Below, piece by piece: positions 10,790 through 21,430 of a stretch of DNA of 53,470 bases. Numbering within the stretch: the stretch's first letter is position 1; each line of letters opens with the position of its first letter. The notes under the pieces are model-generated. The model had not been told where the DNA came from. It saw nothing but the letters and a program-made list of their open reading frames with translations, and ran no database searches. Both the position numbers and the translations under genes were made by a program. The stretch is from Octopus bimaculoides (Eukaryota). The DNA is taken from positions 32,835,436 through 32,888,905 of the forward strand of contig NC_068995.1 in the NCBI RefSeq assembly GCF_001194135.2, read 5' to 3'.

Positions 10790-11030
10790 TGAGGACAGGC
10801 ACCTTCTTCTTTGGTCAAGTTTCATTAACTTCTTCAAGTTTTACTTGGAAAGGAAAGGGAGCATGATGAGGGAAGTGCTCTCCTCCAGCACATTTATCAA
10901 ACAGTGGGTGACTGAGATAAAAGTGATTTGGGTGAATGGAACTACTCAAAGCATGTATCTGTAGATTGGAGAAAAGGATTTGTATCCTTGGTGTTCAGGC
11001 TTATCCTGGATCTCCAGAGTTCCTTGATTG
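10790..11030 (+). mobile_element. Possible 3' end of an L1/Tx1-like LINE ORF2
   Basis: Translation INFFKFYLERKGSMMREVLSSSTFIKQWV...VNGTTQSMYL* resembles remembered Tx1-type C-termini. This is recognition from memory only. Confidence 0.4.
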
Positions 11031-11139
11031 GCCTTAGTTGGAGACTTTCCTGCATCAAAGAGATTGCATCACCTAAGTGCTAACACATTTTGTTTATATC
11101 ATCTACATTTTTTATTTTATCTCTCCCTTTCAACGTGTT

Positions 11140-11385
11140 TTGTCCTTGAGCAAGACACTTTATTTCATGTTGCTCCAGTCCATTCAACTGGCAAAAATGA
11201 GTAGTACTTTCATTTCAAAGAGCTGACTTTGTCACATGCTTTGTCATGCTGAATCTCCCTAAGAACTATGTTATGGGTACACGTGTTTGTGGAGTGCTCA
11301 GCCTCTTGCACATTAATTTCATGAGCAGGTTGTTCTATTGATTGGATCAACTGGAATCCTTGTCGTTGTAGCCAATAGAGTGCCA
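11140..11385 (+). mobile_element. Fragment of a third SINE family
   Basis: Contains tgtccttgagcaagacactttatttcatgttgctccagtccattcaactg, whose reverse complement resembles part of 36145-36480. Confidence 0.5.
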
Positions 11386-11618
11386 GTATACAATGTATAT
11401 TATACTCACATGAATTGCTGGAGCAACCTTCATTGGATCTCCTTGACTATGAAATCCCGAATGATTTTCGTCTTAGTTGGTTTAAATTCATGGCTGATGA
11501 ATGTGAAGTCCCAGCATCTTGATGTGTGCTGAGTCTTTTCTGTTGCTGTCACAGCTTTTGAAACTTAAAAATTTTTCATGCTGAATCTGATTTTAGAAAA
11601 TTTTTTTAAAAATGTTAA

Positions 11619-12003
11619 GTGGTAAGTAGCTTGCTTACCAACCACATGGTTCTGGGTTCAGTCCCACAGCATGGCACCTTGGGCAAGTGTCTTCTACTAT
11701 AGCCTCGGGCCGACCAAAGCCTTGTGAGTAGACGGAAACTGAAAGAAGCCCGTCGTATATATATATATATATATAAATATATATGTATGTGCGTGTGTCT
11801 GTGTTTGTCCCCCCCCAACATCACATGACAACCGATGCTGGTGTGTTTACGTCCCTGTAACTTAGCGGTTCGGCAAAAGAGACCGATAGAATAAGTACTA
11901 GGCTTACAAAGAATAAGTCCTGGGGTTGATTTGCTCGACTAAAGGCAGTGCTTCAGCGTGGCTGCAGTCAAATGATTGAAACAAGTAAAAAAGTAAAAGA
12001 GTG
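11619..12003 (+). mobile_element. Near full-length SINE family A (tRNA-like head, CORE-like ccttgggcaagt, internal TA/TG microsatellite, conserved tail)
   Basis: Highly similar along its whole length to 27271-27670 and ends gaaacaagtaaaaaag. Confidence 0.85.
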
Positions 12004-12177
12004 AAGAGAGGTTTAAAATGTGATACTTTTTATCCAATCAGAAAACAAAGATTTGGAAACTGGTATTTTCTGTATGATAACTGTCTATCACAAAACGAAA
12101 GCAAAACATAACGACGACAAAAGCTGTAAGAAGTTTTAATAAGTTTTAACAAATAAAGTCATGTGAAATGCTTGAAC

Positions 12178-12364
12178 AGGCATGTAAATAATTTAAAAAG
12201 AAAAAACCCTCAACAAAATTTTTTTGTGAAAAATTACAAAACAAAAACATTAGGGTTTAGGGTTAGGGTCAAGGTTAGAGTTGAAACGGTCAACTAGGTA
12301 TGCAAACAATTTAAAAAGGAAAAAGCCTTAATGAAATTTTTTTGTAAAAAAATTACAAAATAAA
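12178..12364 (+). repeat. Interstitial TTAGGG-like array (12250-12280) between two ~65-bp direct repeats
   Basis: ttagggtttagggttagggtcaaggttagag is flanked by two copies of agg(c/t)atg...aatttaaaaag...aaattttttt(t)gt...aaaattacaaaa. Confidence 0.7.
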
Positions 12365-13504
12365 TAAATAAAACTATGCATTATACTGTAGTAATAGTGC
12401 AGTTCATATAAACAATTAATACATATTTTTCAGAGAAAATTCAGAAAATAGGTACTTGTGGTGGTAGTTTTAAGTACACTACACCTTTGCTTGTTACTAT
12501 GGAACAGGTACCAATGTGCTTGTGGTTTTTGATTGGCAAAAATTACCCCAAATTTACAAACTTTAAAAGTTATTACCTTATTATTTCTTACTTTATGGAA
12601 AAAATGAATTTCATTTTCATAATTAACATACAAAACTATGTCAACACACCAAACTTGAAAACAATCGGAACGAAATTAAGAAAAAAAAAAAAGAAAACTG
12701 ACAACAGAAAAGATCCTTTTGTACATTTCCAATTACTGTTGCCAACATTTGAAGTGAAAAATGTAGCACCTATGAAACCAACATCTAGACTAACAAGATG
12801 TGCAAATGTGGATAAGAAATAGCATATTTGAAAGAGAAAAAGAGAAAATAAATACCCACAAAGGGTTAAAGTATATCAAGTAATTAAGATATAGACATTT
12901 CAAAATGTACTTGGGATAAATAGAAAGAAAATGTTAACTTTTAAATGAGTGTTAATGTGAATGAAGTAGGGCATAATTACAATTTGGTGCCTCCTCAATG
13001 TTTCCTCATAAATTTCTCAAAAATGAACTTTTGCTCAGATACGTTTTCCATGGTATAAATTACAATTATGTAAATAAAATTGACAGCAAATTTTTGAATT
13101 TGTTTTAGATCACTCCATGTTCCAACGTTGTTTCTGCATAATTCTAAAATGTAAACACTAGAAACGTGAATACTTTTTACCTTCACGAGATAATTTTAGC
13201 CCTAGATACTTTCCACAAAAGTCAGGTTGGTCATGATTAAACTGACGCCAGGATAATTTGAAACTAGATCATAAAAAGCTACATACATAAATATTGTAAA
13301 GCACTTTATCCAGCCTTCTATCGATTTTGTTATTATCCCTTAAGTAATCAATATATAAGCCACCTGTAGTCATAGTGATTTTAAGTAATATGAGTAGGAG
13401 GAAGGAGGAACAAACTTTAATTTTCAGAGAGAAGTAGAAAGAAGAAGAAATTTTATTGATCTTGAGGTTGCAGTTAAACTCATTTTTCTTTAAAAATTAT
13501 TTTA

Positions 13505-13850
13505 CTAATCTTAGTTATTGGAGTGTGGTCATGCTGGGGCACTGCCTTGAAGAGTTTAGTCAAACAAATCGATCCCAGAACTTATGTCTGGTATATATTC
13601 TATTGGTCTCTTTTGCTGAACTGCTAAGGTATGGGGACGTAAACAAAGGAACACTGGTTGTCAAGCAATGACACGCACATGCAAATCTGTCTATCTATAT
13701 CAGGCTTCCACACAGTTTCCATCTTCTAAATTCCCTCACAAAGCATTGATGGGCTCGGGGGCTTTGTTCAAGGTGCTATGCAATGAGACTGAACCCTAAA
13801 CTACGTGGTTGCAAAACGAGTTTCTTAACCATACAGCCATGCCTGCACCT
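13505..13850 (-). mobile_element. Diverged SINE family A copy
   Basis: Reverse-complement tail (gtggtcatgctggggcactgcc...) and head (...catacagccatgcctg) are both visible. Confidence 0.7.
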
Positions 13851-14633
13851 GAGTTTTATGATCAAAGGTCTTCAATACTGACCATCCCATCTTTTTATAT
13901 ATTTACAGTTATATTGTTCAATGTCTCCTTGCTTTTCAAGACAGTGTTTCGATACTGTTTTGGGCAGATTAACTGCAAAGAGATTTTGAGGAGTTTGACA
14001 ATAGAAACTTATGTTGTTTTTATTTTGCTAGGTTCCTTTATAACATTTAGCTGCTGGGTTTCCTTACTGCAGTAGTAATGGTGAATCGAAAATGAAAATC
14101 TATAATTAAATTAGAAGAATTTTAGTACTATTTCATCAAAGATCTTTCCTCTTCTAAATGATTTTGGACAAGCCAACAAAAGTGCTTGTGGCATCATTGA
14201 ACTCGAGAGAAAAGAGCTGCCAAATTTTCCTCAAATGACATCCTACTGTCTTTAAAAAAAAAAAAAGAAAAGAAAGGGACACAATGGATAATGAGAATCT
14301 TAGATACTGAATAAAAAGTCAGGATAGTCGTTGCTGGAACATTTGATCATAGGTGCGTTGATGCAGAAATGACATTTAGTAACAAATTCACTTTGGATGA
14401 ACCAATGAGAGCTCCTATGTAGTCGCTCAACCTGCTAGATATGATAGCAAAATCTTTTTTAAATTATACCTAAAGTCATGTAGAAGAAAGAACACATCGA
14501 GGATCTTTTCCATTTGGCTGCCAGTTTCAATTTTTGTTCGAACTGATTTCATACCCTGTGTAATGATACACTTTTATAGGCTAATCAATGCCATGAAAAT
14601 CATTTTTACTATAAATCAATAAATAAAAAGTTA

Positions 14634-15233
14634 TCTATATATTACTAAAACTGTGATTGTTTGCTTGTGTGCGTGCTTGTCTGTAATTTAATAGAGCCAA
14701 ACCAGCGCATAATGGGAAAATTCTCTGAAAGTAAGGTATCCCTGAAATGTGAATACAATCAGAATAAAACAAGTTTCACGTAAATCAGACCACGGATTCC
14801 CGAGATATGCAGTTTTTTTATTTTTTGTGGTGGTGGTGGTGGTGGTGGGGGTACCTTCATAAATAGCTAAAACAGCGCATAATGGGAAAATGCTCCAAAA
14901 GTAACATCACTCTGAAATAGGAAAATTGTTTCAATTAATTTTATGCTTACATTATATAACAATTCCTTTTTCATTTTTGTAGAAGTGTGCACATATGCCA
15001 TAAATAAATGCTGTTACTGGAGTTAAAGTTTATTCTATTTCTATTAGATGATGTAAATAATCAATAAAACCTTAAACATGAACTTGCAAACCAGACCTAT
15101 GATGATATGAACAAATTGAAATATTTAACTGAATCGTCATGAAATTAACTTTCATTTCAATGCAATGTTGAAATCAGCTTCAATGTTTTATAACCTGAAC
15201 TGTCAGTGACCCAACAGGTCACGGGTAGTCTAG
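14634..15233 (+). mobile_element. Complete non-autonomous Helitron (600 bp)
   Basis: The 5' end is A|TCTATATATTAC. A 3' hairpin gtgacc-caaca-ggtcac (15206-15222) precedes CTAG|T. It sits between A and T with no TSD and shares sequence with 38500-40379. Confidence 0.85.
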
Positions 15234-16873
15234 TTAGCTATTAAAGTTTGAAAATTTTGGGTAATTTTAGCCAATCGTAAGTCACAGACACATTCATGTC
15301 TTTCAATAGTAACAAGCCGAACATGAGGTCTGCGAGAAAGCACATATTGACAAATATATTGAAACCACTTGTCGATACTGTGTTCTACTGTTTTACCCAC
15401 CTGGAAATTTTACCCTTCTGTTTGGTTATGGCCGCAAGCTCCTGTAACCTTGCATCTGTAATGGAGATCACATTAAATGCATATTGAATGCTTAAAACTA
15501 CAAAAGACGTGTTGTTTCTCATTTTCCGCGTGTGGAATACAAATATTGACAACGTGCTATTTTCAGGATGTTGACAAAATGTCACACATAAAATGACAGC
15601 TTCCAAATTCTATTTCTTGACTGGGTTTAAACCTCTATAACGTTAAAAAAAGAAAATTCTGGAAAAAGTGAAATAACCCCAGCAATTCGGCTTGGAAAAC
15701 TACAAGATTGTACCAAATTTTAAAATTTTCAGTAGACTTTTGAAAACTTGGCAGTCAAATGGAAAAGATCTCACATTGGATAATGCAGCTCTAGTACAAA
15801 ATGGCAATGGTTGGATTGAGTTTGACCATAGATCAAATTCAATCAGGGCTTCATATAGGGCTAAACAACACAATGGTGAAGTCTCAGATTTTACCTCCTG
15901 AAATTTATTTACTAAAGGCTTTCTTTTTTTTAAAGTGGTCTTCGGATTTTTGTGCTTTAAAAAACTGTTAATGTAACGTGTATTCAAAACAAAATCATTG
16001 GTAAAGCCCACCTTTCCTGAAGAACTTCTTTTCTTTCAAAGAATTTTCCTGAGCAAATTATTTGAGCCAAATAATAAAAGTAATGTGTATCCAATAATCA
16101 TTTCTAAGGTCACAAATTTGAGGGCATGATGTGGTTTAATCGATGAAATCGATCCAGTTCTTGACTTTATTTTCTCCCCCACCCCTGGAAATGAAAAAAT
16201 AACCGTGTATGCAATAATGTACGTTTTATTTTCTCACAATAATAGTAAGCAGATGAGCATAAGTTTGTGACATGCTTTTTAATGAAAAAAAAAAAACGAA
16301 AAGAATTAACGTTACATGTTATAAATTAATGACAATAGATAAAAATCAACAAATTGACAATTAACTGAGCATAAACATCAGCAATATATGAAAACATTAC
16401 ATTTAGCGATAGATACGACAACTTATATTGTAAGGTTTATGCAATGCATCTTCCACGTGTGACCAAGTTATAGCTTTGTTAAGCTATACGCAAACAAACT
16501 AGTGGAGACAAGAATACATTTATCAAAGGTTTATTACTTTACGCACATCAGGACTTAAGTCGTCAGTTATTTCTGTTTAGAGTTCACTCAGATTTGTTTC
16601 ACACGCACTGTTGACATTTTTATATTTTCCTTCTCCTGGAAGTCCCTTTTCTTTTGCTGCTGACCAATGTCCTAGCTAGCCCGCAATGAAGTTTCTGTCT
16701 ACAGTTCGTCTGTTATGAATCCTGCCCTAGAAAGTCAATATCACTGATACCTCTTTATATATGCCCAGAGACCTTCAATATTATTGGCGCATATATCAGT
16801 GATAGGGTTCACAAAATGAAGGAAATGGTTTACAGTTCCATGGATATAACCAAACTTGGCCAGGTTATTATAG

Positions 16874-17783
16874 TGTAAGGACCGTGTGACAGGAGAAGGT
16901 GACAAGGAATGGCTCCTTTAGTACATCGCATGGTCGATACAAATAAAAATATGAAAAGAGGATAAATGAGTATAAGTGCCAGAAGGAAAAGAGAAATACA
17001 ACCAGTCGAAGGTTTAAGAGAAGATTTTATTGATATGTCAACTTGTGTGTGTGACTGAGATATATAAATATAATAATAGACAGGCCGTCATGTAAACAAA
17101 GTGTATGGGTATACAAACATGGATGTATGTATGTGTGAGAGATACAGAGCATAGAAAAGAGTCTATAATGAAGTTGGAAGAAAGTCCAGACACAAGGATG
17201 ATAAAATACCAGTTCGTATTCAAGGTACACAGTGGTTGAGGTGCTGTATCAAGAAGTTGAGGCCACGTAGCAGAGCCGGAGAGAGGTACATGTCGTGAGA
17301 GGTAGGCTTCAATGCAGGTTACTTGTTACAGGAGTTCTTGCAAGTTGTATTTGCTGTTAACCATGGTGAAGTAATTCACAAACAGTATGGAGATAGAACC
17401 TGTGCGAGCGTTGGTGGTGGTGTGTACGTAGAGTAGTTGGTGCTGACGCTAAGAAGCTGGAGGCGATGAAGATTGAAGCCTGTAAGCTGCTGAACAAAGT
17501 GTTGGTGTTCTCCATGTGACTGCTGTTGTCGTCGCTGGAACTGGCAGTGTGCTCTGTGGTCAGTGGCTAGACCTCAGAAGGTCAGGAGCCGAGAAGACTG
17601 ACAAATTGTGACGGTGAGAAACTAGCTATTTATAACATACTGTCGGCTCAAACTGGGGTTCAGGAAAGACTGTCTCATGCAACCTTATCTGAAGGCTGCG
17701 ATTGGTTGGGTTGCATCTTGGCGTGCAATAGAACAAGAGACAAACTGTGCCAATACCAACTAATCAGCGTGGTGGACACAACA
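16874..17783 (-). other. LTR-like or micro-gene cassette: CCAAT (17701-05), TATAAATA (17627-34), 52-aa ORF (17515-17357), AATAAA (17026-31)
   Basis: The motifs are read directly on the minus strand in the correct order, with TGT...ACA ends. No matching TSD was found. Confidence 0.4.
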
Positions 17784-17897
17784 GGGTCCAAAGGTGCGGC
17801 CGAAGCCTAGCTCTTATCCACTATGTCTGTATCCATGTATATATAACAGAGAGAGAGAGAAGTATCCCTTAAGGCTTATGCTACAATAGCTTGGCCT

Positions 17898-18090
17898 AGG
17901 CAGCGAGCTGGCAGAATCGTTAGCACGCTGGACGAAATGCTTAACAGTATTTTGCCCGTCGCTACGGTCTGAGTTCAAATTCTGCCGAGGTCGACTTTGC
18001 CTTTCATCCTTTCGGTGTCGATAAAATAAGTACCAGCTGAACACTGGTTCGATGTAATCGACTCACCCCCACCTCCCCCAAGCTGCCCCT
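17898..18090 (+). mobile_element. SINE family B
   Basis: aggcagcgagctggcagaatcgttagcacg...gaggtcgactttgcctttcatcctttcggtgtcgataaaataagtacc. Confidence 0.8.
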
Positions 18091-18289
18091 GTGGAAAAAA
18101 TTTGCAATAATTATTTTAGATTCAGGTACAACATCTGTATATATAAAAGGCAGGATGTGTTAGAGCTCCAGACGAGATACCTTAAGATATTTGCTCTGGT
18201 TCTGTGTGTTCAGAATTCAAATCCCACCATGGTTTACTTGACTGGTAGATTTAATCCACCACTCGGATTAACATCACATAGTTCTTGAA

Positions 18290-18530
18290 TACTGTTGGTG
18301 GAGTTCACTTTATTGCAAGTATTCGGGCCACATTTCTGGTTTGACGATATTTTTTCTGGTCCAAAAGCTGGGAAAAAATCAGACATATATGGTGAACTTA
18401 TATACTTATAACCCTTATTCTCTTGATCATATAGATATTCAGTTGTACCTGTTATCATAGGTACACTAGGCTTTGTAACAACAGACTTGCACAAAAGACT
18501 AGAAATTCTGAGCAGCTTTAAGAAAGAATA
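18290..18530 (+). pseudogene. Degenerate C-terminal RLE region of an R4/Dong-like (R2 group) retrotransposon
   Basis: One frame reads KKSDIYGELIYL*PLFS*SYRYSVVPVIIGTLGFVTTDLHKRLEIL. This resembles the remembered K..KY..L...(V)VP(V/I)IIGALG motif that follows the PD..D nuclease core. Confidence 0.45.
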
Positions 18531-19584
18531 AACCAAACTGATTTGCAATCTCTAAATACAATCGATTAGAGAGAGATACAGTGAAAATTTGTACAACATT
18601 GCAGGGATTCTTCTTTTCATGTACAGCTCGTCATTGACTTACGACCTATCTGACTTAGAACCGATCGCCTTTATGACGATTGGCGTGCCAGCTCCCAGCA
18701 GCAATAATATATAGTCCACTTGAAATCTAATGGGTTTAATTTCTTAGAAATTAACCTGTCTACTTTTGATGTCAGCTAACAAACACTTACCCTAGGTTTG
18801 GTTTTCAATCATCACTGAGGTTATCCCAAGTGTTGGATGAATATCCTGTCACGGAGACGTTGAGGCAATCTCATATTTGTCTATAGTATAATTATTCAAC
18901 CATGGTAGTGGTTGAATATATTTTTAAGTCCACCATTTCGTTAATCGCAGTAATTTCGAAGCTTCACCATTAATTCAGTTCTCTGTTAACAGTTTTAAAG
19001 AGGACACCTCCTCAGCTACACTTTGGCATAAATAGTTTGAGATTTGGTTCAGTAGAAAAAAAGTTACATTAAAATATCTGCGACCTCAAGGGGGGGAGGC
19101 AATAAGACAGATATTCATCTTCAATTAACATAAATTTAAAAATTTTAAATTAAAGTATACTTTTCATAGGCTTAAATGATAGAAAAATCATAAGAAATTT
19201 AGAATCGCTAGTCGCATTGAACAAAAATTAGTAGAAAAAGAGTTATGAGGTAAAATGTTACAAAATTTAATGTCAGTAAGTAAGGAAGTAAGGGAGTAAC
19301 ACTTAAGCAATAAGAATAAAGAATATATTTCAAAAATGAATGTTTACATTCTAGGGTGGTGAGCTGACNNNNNNNNNNNNNNNNNNNNNNNNNNNNNNNN
19401 NNNNNNNNNNNNNNNNNNNNNNNNNNNNNNNNNNNNNNNNNNNNNNNNNNNNNNNNNNNNNNNNNNNNNNNNNNNNNNNNNNNNNNNNNNNNNNNNNNNN
19501 NNNNNNNNNNNNNNNNNNNNNNNNNNNNNNNNNNNNNNNNNNNNNNNNNNNNNNNNNNNNNNATATATATATATATATATACAT

Positions 19585-19779
19585 TCATGCCGGTGGCACA
19601 TAAAAGCACCCACTACACTCTCGGAGTGGTTGGCGTTAGGAAGGGCATCCAGCTGTAGAAACTCTGCCAAATCAGATTGGAGCCTGGTGTAGCCATCTGG
19701 TTCACTAGTCCTCAGTCAAATTGTCCAACCCATGCTAGCATGGAAAGCGGATGTTAAACGATGATGATGATATATATAT
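19585..19779 (+). mobile_element. RTE LINE 3' UTR fragment
   Basis: Ends catgctagcatggaaagcggatgttaaacgatgatgatga followed by (TA)n. Confidence 0.85.
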
Positions 19780-21430
19780 TAAACACAAATTGAAAACAGA
19801 ACACGAAGGATATCGCAGTACATGTGAAAATCATTAGATTCCCTGAAAAGGAAAAGCTAGTTAATAAAAGATCAGAATTCAAACCAGCTTGTATGCATAA
19901 ACTGATTAAAACCTTTAAATACTATAAGCCTTCAGTCCCCACTTTTAATTTCTAATCACTTCATGATCTTCTCTCATTGGTAATTCCCTCATCTGATCCC
20001 TCCTGCCACTATCCAGGCATTGAATTAACAAATCCTGGACTTACCCCCAACCACTTAATTATTCACTTTGCTTTCACCTAGCTAGATTCTGACCCCATAT
20101 AGTACACACAAATTTAATAATCCGAGGTCTCTAGTCTTATTTATAGAGAAAATATCTAAATAATTTAGTCACTGGCTCTAAAATTTCGAATAACACTACA
20201 ATACACTAATTACTTCAATGTTTATAACAATATTATACTAGTATTCATTAGTGGATAGGAACCTTGACTCTTTTAACTTCATATAGCAATCCCTAAACAA
20301 TTAAAATAGGAATATAGTAGAAGTTGCCCAATAACATATAATTTACACAAGTAGATAAACCAGAAATTTCCACAATCAATATTTTTCCAATCACTGTATT
20401 TTTCCAATCACTATATTATCATTATTACTATTATATAATTACTATTATAATTGTTTTTCATACTTTTAATTTTAATTTTTAACTTGTCCTAATTTTCTTT
20501 TTATTATTTTTTTGTATCTCTAATTTTCTTTTTTACTTTTTATATCTTCAAATTACTTTTTACCCCTTCCATTATTATTTATTTATCTTCTAAGTAAGTG
20601 TAGGTACCCATGTAATAGATAAGTTTATAGAGCTAGGAATTTTTAGTGGTGTATTTGGGTAAACTGACCACTCATCACAACGATATCAAATTACAACCTT
20701 AATCTATATTCCAACCAGTGGTCTAGCTAAGAAATTATTTATGACCACTACAATCCCATCCAAGACAGCATCCTGTTTTCAACTCTATAGTATTTTATCT
20801 CTTTATCTCTTTTTCTACTTTATGGGTTTATTTATTTATTTATTTATTTAAAAAAAATTTTTTGTTACTTTATTCCAATTTTGCTAAATCTTATTTATAT
20901 ATGTATCTAGCTTTATTAGCCTTATTTTTACTTCTATTACTCTCAATTTGACTTCTATTACTTTTATAATTTATTTCTTATTTTATTTTTTTATTCTTTA
21001 ACTTTTACTTTATTTTTTATTTTTGATCTTCTCTTTCTATCTTATACACCCTAGTTAAATACAATCCAATCTATTTAACATTCACTCTATGCTGAATTGT
21101 GGTACAGTATGGGTAGATTTCTGAAATCCAACAAACATTTATGCAGATATAACAGTTTAAAGGATAAACCTATTATAATGGATAATACTAAGATGTAATC
21201 TTGGGACTGAAAATGTTTGTGGCTGAAGATAGCTTTAAACCATCCTTTATATCAACAATATATACTGATGTAATGACAGATTGTGTATAAAGCTTGAAAC
21301 ACATGAACTGCGATATCCTTTGTGTTCTGTTTTCAATTTGCGTCTAATATATTCTTTCACCTCTGCCATTATCTGGCATATACAGGTGCTTACACTTATC
21401 AAGTATTACCTCTAAAATTTACAGTACCTA

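Noticed and set aside
15652-15711. P-loop-like ENSGKSEI peptide
   Set aside because: The frame is bounded by stops within about 30 codons and no other ATPase motifs are present.
18234-18548. 104-aa Cys-containing ORF as a secreted peptide gene
   Set aside because: It starts at TTG, not ATG, and the opposite strand carries a retrotransposon RLE-like motif, so it is probably an antisense shadow.
21264-21335. Hammerhead ribozyme-like CTGATG...GAAAC (also CTGATGA at about 11494 and 25321)
   Set aside because: The core is imperfect and stems I and II cannot be formed. An Infernal search with hammerhead models would settle it.
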